A DNA stretch of 64,000 nucleotides from a virus (Duplodnaviria; Caudoviricetes). Every line of letters begins with the position of its first letter. Within the stretch, counting starts at the first letter, position 1. The notes beneath the pieces were generated by a model that saw only the letters and a program-made list of their open reading frames with translations, was not told where the DNA came from and made no database searches. The translations under genes were made by a program, and so were the position numbers. Positions 20,786-30,739 of the stretch are shown piece by piece. The stretch lies in IMG/VR virus record IMGVR_UViG_3300028805_000081, positions 1 to 64,000 of that record. One strand, 5' to 3'.

Positions 20786-21385
20786 TCAACCCATTTCTTC
20801 TTCAAAAACCATGTTAAATGCATCTTCAAACATCTTAACACGCTTACTGCTGTCAAACAGGTCGCTGCCTTCAGAATAAAGATATCTTGCTCTCTGAATA
20901 ATGTTATCCTTTAATCCCTTTGATGCTTTCGCAGCAATCTCACGGACAGTCTTTTCCGGGAAGCTAAAAACATCATCAATGCTCTGAATATTAAATTCAT
21001 AATACTTCTGTATTGATAATGCTCTGTAAACATCTTCAGCTGTATAGTCGCTATCTTCTACGATAATCCAGTTGTTTTCAAAGAACTTTCTCTGAGTGTT
21101 ACGCATTGAAACAAGTTCAGAATATTCGATATATTCTATATCACCGTTTCTTTCCCATCTGTATTCAAGCCCCTTATTACGTCTTGAAACGTAAGTAAGT
21201 CCACCGGCTACATTGCTCTTGACAGGAATTTCATAATTATTCGGTATATCAAGCTTACGCTGATTACGTTCCTTTGCTTCAGTAACACTATCAGGTTCAG
21301 TCTTAATTGGTTCTACCGGAGCAGTTTCAACCTTTTCTTCTTTAATTTCAGCAACAGGTTCAACAACTGTTTTCTTTCTTGCCAT
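20786..21385 (-). CDS. conserved head-module hypothetical protein (SPbeta YonA-like position)
   Basis: Follows the capsid gene; YRWERNGDIEYIEYSEL; start reassigned to MARKK. Confidence 0.6.
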   Translation of the reverse strand: MARKKTVVEPVAEIKEEKVETAPVEPIKTEPDSVTEAKERNQRKLDIPNNYEIPVKSNVAGGLTYVSRRNKGLEYRWERNGDIEYIEYSELVSMRNTQRKFFENNWIIVEDSDYTAEDVYRALSIQKYYEFNIQSIDDVFSFPEKTVREIAAKASKGLKDNIIQRARYLYSEGSDLFDSSKRVKMFEDAFNMVFEEEMG

Positions 21386-21410
21386 TATATAATTGCACCT
21401 TTCATTAACA

Positions 21411-21437
21411 GGAAAGGGGAGCATTGAAACTCCCCGT
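21411..21437 (-). terminator. putative terminator/attenuator after major capsid gene
   Basis: GGGGAG-loop-CTCCCC followed by TTT. Confidence 0.45.
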
Positions 21438-21464
21438 ACCCGTTAGTATTTTTGTTAAATTAAA

Positions 21465-22460
21465 TTACATGTCATAAAGACCGATCTTGTCAGCAAGTTC
21501 AACAGCAACAGCGTATGTGTTGATTACTGTGTAGTCCTGTGTAAGATCAGAGTTATCACCGAGCTTAGATTCAACGATGAGAGCATCGCCTTCGTTGTAA
21601 TACTTGATGAACTGTTCATCTGTAGCGATTACATAGAGCTTTGTATCGTCAAGAATCTTTGTTGTACCGTCTGCCTTTAAGCCGTTCTTCAGTTCAAATA
21701 CTTCTGTACCATTGAACTTGCCCATGTAACCCATGTTGTAGTAGTCATCCTTGATTGTTTCGCCAACCATGTTAGATGTTGATACATTAAGGTTTCTGAG
21801 AGCTGTCTTAGTACCGAAGATTCTTGCTGTTTTACCCGGATTGTTCATCTCAACCTTTTCGATAAGAGCAACCATTGATGCTTCTGAGAATGAACCTGTT
21901 TCAGGGATAACGTTTGGAGTTGTTGTTGCAATAGATGCAAAAGCGTTAGCAATTGCTCTGTTTGTATCGAGAATAAATGATCTTGATACTGCATTTACGA
22001 AGTCAACCCAGTCTGCACGACCAGCAAGGAGACGCTGGAGTTCTTCGTAAACCTTTACTGCATGTGGGATTGGTGTGAGAGTCTTAGTTGTATCACCGAA
22101 GATTCTCTGTCTGCGGATGCCGAGTGTGCCGTTAGCAACTTCAGCTACTGCAAGAACTGAATCCTTGTGAACTTTAAATTCAGGCTTATCGCCAGCTTTG
22201 CCGTTCTTTGTTTCTGCCCACTTAAAAATAGGGTTGCTTTCCGGAAGTCCTTCGATAATTGATGCTACGATAAGTTCCTCAACGAGTTCAAAGAAAGAAC
22301 CGTTTGTCTTACGCATAGCCTTTACGTCAATCTTTGTTGAACCGCCATTTGCTTCAATAAGAGCATTACGGATTACGTCTGACGGATTGCCTTCAGAGAA
22401 AGCTGAAGGAACGCCCTTTACAGTGTCAACTGCAAGTTTAATAAGCTTATTTGTTTCCAT
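21465..22460 (-). CDS. major capsid protein
   Basis: 331 aa after scaffold and decoration genes; KVYEELQRLLAGRADW and IFGTKTAL motifs. Confidence 0.85.
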   Translation of the reverse strand: METNKLIKLAVDTVKGVPSAFSEGNPSDVIRNALIEANGGSTKIDVKAMRKTNGSFFELVEELIVASIIEGLPESNPIFKWAETKNGKAGDKPEFKVHKDSVLAVAEVANGTLGIRRQRIFGDTTKTLTPIPHAVKVYEELQRLLAGRADWVDFVNAVSRSFILDTNRAIANAFASIATTTPNVIPETGSFSEASMVALIEKVEMNNPGKTARIFGTKTALRNLNVSTSNMVGETIKDDYYNMGYMGKFNGTEVFELKNGLKADGTTKILDDTKLYVIATDEQFIKYYNEGDALIVESKLGDNSDLTQDYTVINTYAVAVELADKIGLYDM

Positions 22461-22494
22461 ATCTATTTCATCCTTTCTTTCAAGATTTCAAAAA

Positions 22495-22998
22495 TTAAAG
22501 TGCCTCGAATGAGTAGTATGTTGTGCCCGATGCCGCATCAACTGATGTACCAATGTACTTAGCAAAATCATCAGCGTCAGCTGCTGCTACTGTCCACTTG
22601 CCATCTGCTGCTGGCTGGATGCCTGGCTTTGCTGCTGTTGGTGCTTCAGAAAGAACTTCGATTGTAAGACCGAAAATATCACCCTTTTCGAGTTTAACAA
22701 CTCTCATAGGTACTTTCTTGTCAGCTGAGTCATTAACGCCATTGTAGAAGTCCTTGATTGTCTTATATGGAGTTTCAACATAATCAACTTCAGGAGTTGT
22801 TACGATCCATACGTCAGCCTTTGCTGTAGATGCTGTACCTACTGCTGCTGTCCAAACCTCTCTTTCACCAGCTACAAGACCACTGAGTGTTACTACTGAA
22901 CCGTTATCAAGTGCTGCTACAGGATTAAGAGCAGAACGGATCTTGCTGCCATCCTTTGTATATGAGCAATTTTCTGATATAAAAATTCCGTGTGCCAT
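22495..22998 (-). CDS. capsid decoration/head protein
   Basis: LDNGSVV...EREVW...LEKGDIFGL; lies between scaffold and capsid genes. Confidence 0.65.
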   Translation of the reverse strand: MAHGIFISENCSYTKDGSKIRSALNPVAALDNGSVVTLSGLVAGEREVWTAAVGTASTAKADVWIVTTPEVDYVETPYKTIKDFYNGVNDSADKKVPMRVVKLEKGDIFGLTIEVLSEAPTAAKPGIQPAADGKWTVAAADADDFAKYIGTSVDAASGTTYYSFEAL

Positions 22999-23016
22999 AT
23001 TCTATCTTCCTTTCTT

Positions 23017-24237
23017 TTAGTTATTACCGTATCTCTCAAAGAGATCACCATATTTTGATTCTTTCTTTGTGTTTTCTTCAGGAACCACACTGAACTTTGT
23101 TACAGGTTCTGTTTCCTGATTTTCAGCTGAGAAAAGATTAATACCATTCTTACCGGCAATTGCATAACACTTTTCTTCAAGTGCTTCAATTGTGTATTCA
23201 GCTGAATTTTCTTTGAGCTTCTTATATTCTTCAAGCTCATTTAACTTTTCAAACTTTGCAAAAACAGCTTCTTCCTGTACAGCTCTTTCCTTTGCTTCAA
23301 CATCAGCCTTAAACTGTCTGAGTGTTTCAACTTCGGAATTAAGTGCATCATACTGTGATTTCAGCTCATTATACTGTAATTCATAATCTACAGGATCTGT
23401 TTCAGGTTCACTCTGACCATCTGTATTCACTGGTTCATCATCATTGGTTGCCTCCGGTGTTGCTGGTTCAGTGTTTTCTGTTTCAGACTCAGTATTTGTA
23501 AATTCGCCTTCGTTTGTTGTTTCAGGTTCTGCAACAGCCGGTGTTACTTCCGGTTCTGTTACTGTTTCATTTTCGTTTGTAAACTTGTTCTCGTTTTCCA
23601 TTTCGTTTGTCACCTCTTTTTGTAAACAATATTGCTTATATTGTTCCATCATCTGAGAGATTTCGGCATCAAGAGAATAGCCAAGTTCAAGTCTACTGTT
23701 CTCGAAACATGGTTCAACGTCACTACCTAAAAGACAGAGTGCTTCAAAACGCATCTTGTCAATCTGAGTATATCCGTCATCTCTGAATGTATATTCAGAT
23801 GCTTCGATTTCCATTGAATGATTAACTCTTTTGCTTTCAGCAATCTTTTCAAATCCGTACTGGCGTTTCCATAACAGACATTCTGTCCAAAAGCAACGCT
23901 TCATTTCGCCATCTACCATCTCATCAGTAAACCATTGTTTAGCAGACTCAGGTACAAGTCCAAACGGAACTGTTGCTGCATAAATATCAATACCATCCTT
24001 ATTCTGAACAATCTTTACGTCATGACCACCAAAATCATTTTTGTCTGAAATAAAGTTTGCTACAACCGGGATGTTCTTGATCGGAGCATTAGCAAAAGCA
24101 TCTTCGGTAATACTACTCCAGTTTCTGTTGTCACCGCAGTAACCAATAAGGATCTTTGCCGGGGCAAATACCTCATCATTTGAGCCAATCATTTCAATTT
24201 CTGATTCAAGATCATATCTGAACTTTTTTGTTTCCAC
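23017..24237 (-). CDS. prohead protease/scaffold fusion
   Basis: NRNWSSI, HSMEI, FEALCLLG and VEPCFE protease motifs plus an acidic coiled-coil C-terminus. Confidence 0.75.
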   Translation of the reverse strand: METKKFRYDLESEIEMIGSNDEVFAPAKILIGYCGDNRNWSSITEDAFANAPIKNIPVVANFISDKNDFGGHDVKIVQNKDGIDIYAATVPFGLVPESAKQWFTDEMVDGEMKRCFWTECLLWKRQYGFEKIAESKRVNHSMEIEASEYTFRDDGYTQIDKMRFEALCLLGSDVEPCFENSRLELGYSLDAEISQMMEQYKQYCLQKEVTNEMENENKFTNENETVTEPEVTPAVAEPETTNEGEFTNTESETENTEPATPEATNDDEPVNTDGQSEPETDPVDYELQYNELKSQYDALNSEVETLRQFKADVEAKERAVQEEAVFAKFEKLNELEEYKKLKENSAEYTIEALEEKCYAIAGKNGINLFSAENQETEPVTKFSVVPEENTKKESKYGDLFERYGNN

Positions 24238-24257
24238 TTAATCACCGCCTTCCCCTC

Positions 24258-24461
24258 TTAAAAACTCATCTTTAATTTATTATCAAAACAGCACGACTGT
24301 TTGATAGTATCAACTGTGAAATCCCTATTGAATAGGGAAGTGTCGTTCTTAAATACATAGATATTACCGCTTGTTGCGTTCTGTGTATTTAAAAGCCTAA
24401 AACCACGCATGATAAGTCTGTTCTTTACATCCTCATCATAACAATATATATACTTCTTCAT
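24258..24461 (-). CDS. small hypothetical protein (67 aa)
   Basis: MKKYIYCYDEDVKNRLIMRGFRLL; AGGTG RBS; the longer ORF call overlaps the portal gene. Confidence 0.6.
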   Translation of the reverse strand: MKKYIYCYDEDVKNRLIMRGFRLLNTQNATSGNIYVFKNDTSLFNRDFTVDTIKQSCCFDNKLKMSF

Positions 24462-24465
24462 TGTT

Positions 24466-25974
24466 TCACCTGTTTTCTGTGTTATTATCCTTTCCTCGTT
24501 CAGTATTATCAGAGTCACCAAGCCCCTTGCTTTCGTTCGTAGGTCTGCCACTTTCTTTGTCCGGGGACATTGTACTCGACTGTAACAGCGGAGTATTAAG
24601 CATCGTCTTTGTAAATCCAAGAATATTATCTTCAAGATTCGACATTGTAAGCACCTGATATGGTTCAAGTCCATATGTAGCTAAGAGCTGTGACTTTACC
24701 GGGAGTCCGTATGTAGCTCCTTTGGTAAGAGAGTCAATAAATGCACTCTTATTGAAAATACTTTGTGGTAAGAACGTAACAATGAAGATATAATCATTAA
24801 TATTATGATTACGCTTATATCTTGTATTGAACGCCTTTGCTATATTAGCATCAACATCAAATACAATAGCTTCGTCTGTTCTGATGCTAAGTTCAAGAAC
24901 TGCTGATGTAGGATTTGCACCAATACCAAACAGCATCGGATTAACACCTGAGTTTGCCCAAAACTGCTTTGTTGCATCTTCAGCAAGATCCGCATCTGTA
25001 TTGCCAGTGTTTCTTAAACTGAAATCTTCCATCTTAAAAGGAGTAAGAATAAGTCCTATACCTTCCGGTAAGTTCTGTGCTGCCTGATCATAATACTTCT
25101 TAGCTTCACTATACTTCATAGTAGGGATGCCATATTCATCTGTAGCCATTTGCATAGCAAGAAGTTTATAATTGTCCATGATTGCCTTATCTTTTTTGAT
25201 TTCTTTATAAACATCAATTTCGAGAATTGCAGTAAATAACCCCATAAAATAGGGCAGAGAATATTCAAGAACAGAATTATTAAGCTTTACACATATCTGA
25301 TTCTTTGGTTCAAACCAGCGTTTTGTTTTATCGCCCGGCAAACCACGTTCTTCATCGCCTCTGTATATCTTATAAGCCTTTACAAAGTCATTTCCGTACT
25401 GATCTAACAGCATGAAATGAGCTTTAGTATTGAAATAATCAAGGTCAAAACTGAATATTGGAGTTCCATCTTCGATAGATGAGATTTTACAGTAATTTAT
25501 ATCAAGCTTTTTAAGACAGAAACTGTTCTTAGCTTCAAAGCATATTCCACAAAAAATGCCCTTTAAAAAAACCTCAAGCCGTATAAGCGGATTGGCAGTC
25601 TTAAAGGACACAAGTGAATATGATTTAGCTGTTTCATAGTATGTATTTTTAAAGTTTTCAGGATTTGAAATATTGTATTCAGTCGGAGTGAGTGTGTAGT
25701 TATCACATGACAGATTTTTCATATAATCAAGTAATCGCCTATAATGTGGCGATGCGTTGTACAGAAATTCTGACATTTCCTGAAGCTGTTTTGAGTTTTT
25801 ATCCGGAGCAAGTAAAGCTCTTTCTATCTGATCCTTCGTGTATTTCTTTAAGAATATCGAAGTTTGAGCATAGTTGCTATTTAAGTCTGTTATGATAAGT
25901 TTACGCATTTTCGCATAGTTCAGAGCTGCGAACTTCTCAATTTCATTACTATCTGTTATCGCTTCAACTTTCAT
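24466..25974 (-). CDS. portal protein
   Basis: 502 aa directly after terminase; LYNASPHYRRL, LPEGIGLILTP and C-terminal SGRPT. Confidence 0.85.
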   Translation of the reverse strand: MKVEAITDSNEIEKFAALNYAKMRKLIITDLNSNYAQTSIFLKKYTKDQIERALLAPDKNSKQLQEMSEFLYNASPHYRRLLDYMKNLSCDNYTLTPTEYNISNPENFKNTYYETAKSYSLVSFKTANPLIRLEVFLKGIFCGICFEAKNSFCLKKLDINYCKISSIEDGTPIFSFDLDYFNTKAHFMLLDQYGNDFVKAYKIYRGDEERGLPGDKTKRWFEPKNQICVKLNNSVLEYSLPYFMGLFTAILEIDVYKEIKKDKAIMDNYKLLAMQMATDEYGIPTMKYSEAKKYYDQAAQNLPEGIGLILTPFKMEDFSLRNTGNTDADLAEDATKQFWANSGVNPMLFGIGANPTSAVLELSIRTDEAIVFDVDANIAKAFNTRYKRNHNINDYIFIVTFLPQSIFNKSAFIDSLTKGATYGLPVKSQLLATYGLEPYQVLTMSNLEDNILGFTKTMLNTPLLQSSTMSPDKESGRPTNESKGLGDSDNTERGKDNNTENR

Positions 25975-25990
25975 TTACTCACCCCCTGTT

Positions 25991-27853
25991 TTAAGCATAA
26001 CTTTTCGGCTTTTTGAAGATGACGTGAAATTCTTCATCTGATTCTCTTGTCTGACGTACCGTGTTTTTACGCCTAAGTTCATAAAGCCTGTGTGCTAATA
26101 AAATAAGAACGTATGCTCTATCGTCATGGTAGTTTTTATGTACCGCTTCAGGACTAAGAGCATACGTTACTGTTGTTTTTTCTTTATTTGTTGTTTTCTC
26201 AATAGCAGTTATTTCAGCCTTCATTAAGTCGATATTTGCAAGAGCAAGTTTTTCTTCGTTTGAGAGTTCATGTTCTTGAAATTTTTCTTCGCCCTTTTCG
26301 ACTTCCTTAACCTTTATAAAATCTCTGCCATCATATTCATAAGGGAATCGGATTACACCTAAATCCATAAGCTCAATACATTCTTCAAACATCTGAGTTC
26401 TATATTTCTTAGGTGAAACAACCCTTATCTTATCCGAATTATCCGGGTATCTTGTTTCATACCCTTTATATACATCACTTTCAGGATCTAAAAATCCACG
26501 ATGCTTTCTACCGTGACTATCAGTATATTCATTAAGAAGCCCATCTGCGTAAGTGCTAACGCCACCGCCACCGCTTCCCGCATCCAAAAGCAGCATGTTT
26601 ATATATTCATAATCCGGATTAGAACCATTATAACGTAATATAAGTTCCCATAGATTTTTTAACTGCCTATTTGAGTCGAGTTTATATTTTTTAGCTGATG
26701 CAATATCAATCATATTGACTACATTAACTACATCTCCACACCAACCGAGATCTTTATCTTCATAAACTCGCATCACACCTACAATTGAATTATCTCCTGT
26801 ACGTGCCGGATCGAACGCTATCACATATTCTTCTCCCGGTTTCCATGCCATTGTAGGCAGATAAAAACTTTCAGCTCTACGAACGGCAGACCATTTTACC
26901 GGTTGGTTAATATTATTATCCGATATAACCTTGTTATAGTATTCTCTTTCTGCTTTCAGCCTGTTTTGACTCAGGGCTGTATCAACCGTTTTTCTTGTTA
27001 AAAGCGGATGATATTTCTTACCATCAAGATAAGTTTCAATTGCAACATCACAAATCATATCACAAACAAAATAATCTCTGTCACCAGCAATCATTTTCTT
27101 TGAGAAATCTTTGTAGTATTTATAAAACAAAGTCATATTTGTATTTTGTGATGATGCATATATTATTTTGTTAGGCACTTTTCTTTTTTCTGCTTCCGGA
27201 CTATAGTTTTCATCAGTTGATGTCACAAAATCAGACGATTGTGAGCAAAATGCTTCACAAACTATAATCAATTCATCAGAACAGAAAGATGCTTCATCAA
27301 AAAATACCAAATTTGCCCTGCGAGAGCGAGCCGAATCAGGTTTACTATTTAGTGTAAATATTTTACTTCCGTTATAAAATTCGACTTCATAACCGGCTGG
27401 ATTATGACTGAAACCAGTCTTGTTGCTATTCGACTTTACAGTTTCTTTTTCAGCAATATCCTGTAAAGATTTAATGCTGGCTGAAGTTTTACCAACCCTT
27501 GTTATTAAGCTTTCAAGTACGGTAAAAGTTTGCTTTGCCTGATCACCGACAGAAGATACAATATAAATATTTTGATTTTCATAAAGCATTGCAAAAAGAA
27601 TGATCAAAATACTTGCTAAAAATGATTTACCAAAGTTACGGGAACACGCCCAAAGACACTTTGATGAAATCCAACTCATTTGTAAGATCCACTTTTGGCT
27701 ATCGAGAAGATTAATACCCAACAAGTCCCGGCACGCAATGACCGGGTTGCGTCTATAATATGCTATTGTTTCAGCGTCACATTCATAAATTCTTCGTTTA
27801 ATTGGAGTAAGAATAATTTTATTCTTTTTTTTCATATGCTTTTTAGTCAGCAT
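25991..27853 (-). CDS. terL: terminase large subunit
   Basis: Walker A SRNFGKS, Walker B VFFDEA, motif III YASS, nuclease AFDPA...DNS...HDDRAY. Confidence 0.92.
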   Translation of the reverse strand: MLTKKHMKKKNKIILTPIKRRIYECDAETIAYYRRNPVIACRDLLGINLLDSQKWILQMSWISSKCLWACSRNFGKSFLASILIILFAMLYENQNIYIVSSVGDQAKQTFTVLESLITRVGKTSASIKSLQDIAEKETVKSNSNKTGFSHNPAGYEVEFYNGSKIFTLNSKPDSARSRRANLVFFDEASFCSDELIIVCEAFCSQSSDFVTSTDENYSPEAEKRKVPNKIIYASSQNTNMTLFYKYYKDFSKKMIAGDRDYFVCDMICDVAIETYLDGKKYHPLLTRKTVDTALSQNRLKAEREYYNKVISDNNINQPVKWSAVRRAESFYLPTMAWKPGEEYVIAFDPARTGDNSIVGVMRVYEDKDLGWCGDVVNVVNMIDIASAKKYKLDSNRQLKNLWELILRYNGSNPDYEYINMLLLDAGSGGGGVSTYADGLLNEYTDSHGRKHRGFLDPESDVYKGYETRYPDNSDKIRVVSPKKYRTQMFEECIELMDLGVIRFPYEYDGRDFIKVKEVEKGEEKFQEHELSNEEKLALANIDLMKAEITAIEKTTNKEKTTVTYALSPEAVHKNYHDDRAYVLILLAHRLYELRRKNTVRQTRESDEEFHVIFKKPKSYA

Positions 27854-28976
27854 CTTCTTCGACCTCCAATTGCTCCTTTAATTTCTGAATTTCTGCATGT
27901 AACTGACGTTTTTCTTCACGGAGATCATCATTTTCTTCCTGAAGTTTCTGAACAAGTTCTGCACGATAACCACCTATATCACGCCAGTCATTTTCATCAA
28001 AGTAGGCGTTCTCTGACAAAGCTTTAAAACTCATATCAACTGCCCATTGAGTGCCTTTTGACTTTAACTGATCATAAAAATCCGTTTCCGCCTTGTCAAA
28101 ATCAAGATTTCTTAGTTTCTTCATAAGGAACGTAAGTGTATTCTTACCAACTTCCTTGTTCGACCTGTTCTTAACAGAAATCTCATTTTCTTTTGCTATC
28201 TTATCATTTGATAAAACAAGATCCTTCTTGATAGTATTCAGCTTGCTTATTTCATCAGCGTTCTGAAGCGGGGAGAGTAAAGCAATCTGATTGTCCAAGC
28301 GTCTTATTTGATTGTTGTTAATTACAAGCTGTATAATCATTGACAACTTATATGGATCATCCGCAATATCATCATCAAAATATTTGATAAGTTCTCTGAA
28401 CAGATATTTTCTGTCCATTGCAGAATGTTCCTGAAACGGATCATAGCCTACTATTTCAACAACCGTCTGACGTGCTTCAAATTCTTCATCATCAAAGATT
28501 TCTTTCTCAATCTCCTCACGGTTATCCGAAGTAGCAATAAGAGCCTTTTCTTCTCTGATGATTTCAACTAACGTATCTTTAAAAGAAAGATTACGATACG
28601 CAGCCGAACATATCTTTCTCAGATAATCACCAAAGACAAAATTATCAAACTTTTCAGCTTTTAATTCAAGATATATTTTTTCACTCCAATACCAGTTAAA
28701 CTTACTGCACAAAACCGCACAGGCAAAACTTTCACTGGAGAATGTCTTTTTTAATTCTTCATAGTATTTCTGAACACAATCCTTACATACATGAATATAT
28801 CCTTTATTGCCTTCAGCTAAAAAAGGTTCATTACCGGTTACTTTATAAAACTTATCCGGTTCAAACCACTTCTTGCCACAACAATGGCACATATAAATAT
28901 CAGGATAGATGTAAGGCGTTTTCTCGGTTTTAGGCGTAGGCAAAACTTTATTTAAAGTGTTTTTAGGAATTGCCAT
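27843..28976 (-). CDS. Zn-finger protein upstream of TerL (terminase small-subunit candidate)
   Basis: CHCCGK...FYK...VCKDC; position. Confidence 0.55.
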   Translation of the reverse strand: MAIPKNTLNKVLPTPKTEKTPYIYPDIYMCHCCGKKWFEPDKFYKVTGNEPFLAEGNKGYIHVCKDCVQKYYEELKKTFSSESFACAVLCSKFNWYWSEKIYLELKAEKFDNFVFGDYLRKICSAAYRNLSFKDTLVEIIREEKALIATSDNREEIEKEIFDDEEFEARQTVVEIVGYDPFQEHSAMDRKYLFRELIKYFDDDIADDPYKLSMIIQLVINNNQIRRLDNQIALLSPLQNADEISKLNTIKKDLVLSNDKIAKENEISVKNRSNKEVGKNTLTFLMKKLRNLDFDKAETDFYDQLKSKGTQWAVDMSFKALSENAYFDENDWRDIGGYRAELVQKLQEENDDLREEKRQLHAEIQKLKEQLEVEEDAD

Positions 28977-29425
28977 TAGATTTCACCTTCAAGTCCAAGT
29001 TCTTTTTTAAATTCTTCAACAGTTCCGGGTTCAACAAACCATGTCTGTAATGCTTTGACTTTCTCTTTAAACTGCGGGAGAGTTTTAGCAGTACAAGCAT
29101 TGAACCCCGGTTTATCAGTGATCATACCTTGTCTGACATTGTAACTCTTAGATGGCTTTCTCCGGGTAATTTTAATTGTCATAAATCCCGGCATCACAAC
29201 GCCACCATTAGTAAGGCAAGCTCTGATCAATGCTTCAATTACAATGTCATATGCAAACTTACAGGTATCAAGATCCCACGACCTACCAAGTGCTTCTTTA
29301 GACACTTCACGCATAATCTTTGCAACCTTCAACTTGCCACAATGATTGTCACGTTCTCTAATCTCTGCTTCCATCAATTTCACCGCCTTTTCTTTCGATT
29401 GTTCATCTGTAAATCTATATTTCAT
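28976..29425 (-). CDS. HU/IHF-like DNA-binding protein
   Basis: VVMPGFMTIKITRRKPSKSYNVRQG resembles the HU beta-arm. Confidence 0.65.
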   Translation of the reverse strand: MKYRFTDEQSKEKAVKLMEAEIRERDNHCGKLKVAKIMREVSKEALGRSWDLDTCKFAYDIVIEALIRACLTNGGVVMPGFMTIKITRRKPSKSYNVRQGMITDKPGFNACTAKTLPQFKEKVKALQTWFVEPGTVEEFKKELGLEGEI

Positions 29426-29471
29426 GTAATATCACCCGTGAATAGTATAACATTTTTTTACAGATGTTCAA

Positions 29472-30692
29472 CTACATTGAATTGATTAGATTTGGCGTTA
29501 ATAAGATTTTATGCGTATCAGTCACACCCTGATTGTTAGTCAGAGTATAAATCATGCACGCTGGATTACTTGCTTTCATCAGTGAATCTGAATAAGGGCA
29601 AGTTCCGATAAATGATGGAACAACATAAGTTTCAACGTCCTTATCTTCACTTGCACCATTCACGACCGACTGACCGGAATGATAGTGCGCAAGGAAAAGA
29701 ATGTCGTAGAATTTACGATTATGAAAACTTATATCTTTTATGGCAGTCGAGATATTAGTTATAGTATGACCATGCATAGCAATTATGCTGCTACCCATGC
29801 AATCAAAAGTTATATAGTCCTTGCCAAAGTTATTATAAACATCAACTCTCGGATTGTCTGCAAGAGTATCATTTATATAGTTACCAATAATATACTCAAC
29901 ATCTTCGTCCTTCAGTTCATTTCTATCCGAACCAAGGTTTCTTGTTTGAGTGTGATTACCGGTAGGGCAATGATAGTAGTCAATAACAACGTATTTACTA
30001 AGTGCATTTAAGAAATTAGAAATTGTCTTTGCAATAAATACAACAGCTGCGACTACTGAACTTTCATTCAGTTTAAGATCTGATTTTCTCAGAATACCCT
30101 GAACCGTATCTGACAGACAGAGTATATTTAAGTGATTCAAATTCTCACGTTTGCAGTAAGCTACTGTTTCAGACAACAGATATTCAAATCTTTCTGTTAT
30201 TACATCAAAACTGTACTTATTCTTGCCAATATCAAACTTTGCTCCGGCATGAATGTCAGCAATCGTAAGAATACAATCCTTATCTTTATATGAATACGTA
30301 TCGATAATCTCAAAATCCGGGACTTCAAGAGTCTTAATATTTTCAGCAATCTGAGTATAGAAAAACTCCTGTCTGCCATCGCTCCTGATATTCTTCTTAT
30401 ACTCACGTTGTACAAGAGATAGCCGGTCACGTTCCGCAATGATTTCACGTTTCTTTTCTTCCAGTGCTTTTAGTTCTTCTATCGAATCAACACTGTTAGC
30501 CTTCGCATACTCAATGCCTTTTCTGAAAGAAGCATAGTGTTTGCGGTACTTCGATTCATCATAGTTCTTGCCGGTTTCCTTATTCAGAATATCAGCAATA
30601 TCCTGTGAATTTAATCCGTATTCATGTTTATTTTCATATAGTCTAAGGGCATAAGTATTTAAATCTTCACCCTCAAGCCTTTTATAATTCAT
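29472..30692 (-). CDS. calcineurin-like metallophosphoesterase (YonJ-like)
   Basis: ADIH, SD, GNH, HGH and HYH motifs. Confidence 0.8.
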   Translation of the reverse strand: MNYKRLEGEDLNTYALRLYENKHEYGLNSQDIADILNKETGKNYDESKYRKHYASFRKGIEYAKANSVDSIEELKALEEKKREIIAERDRLSLVQREYKKNIRSDGRQEFFYTQIAENIKTLEVPDFEIIDTYSYKDKDCILTIADIHAGAKFDIGKNKYSFDVITERFEYLLSETVAYCKRENLNHLNILCLSDTVQGILRKSDLKLNESSVVAAVVFIAKTISNFLNALSKYVVIDYYHCPTGNHTQTRNLGSDRNELKDEDVEYIIGNYINDTLADNPRVDVYNNFGKDYITFDCMGSSIIAMHGHTITNISTAIKDISFHNRKFYDILFLAHYHSGQSVVNGASEDKDVETYVVPSFIGTCPYSDSLMKASNPACMIYTLTNNQGVTDTHKILLTPNLINSM

Positions 30693-30739
30693 TTGTTATT
30701 CCTCATATCTTGTCACGATTATCATATATTTTTCGTGAC

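Noticed and set aside
25991-27853. Intron or intein in terminase (also portal and capsid)
   Set aside because: ORFs are continuous, of normal length, with no intein splice motifs.
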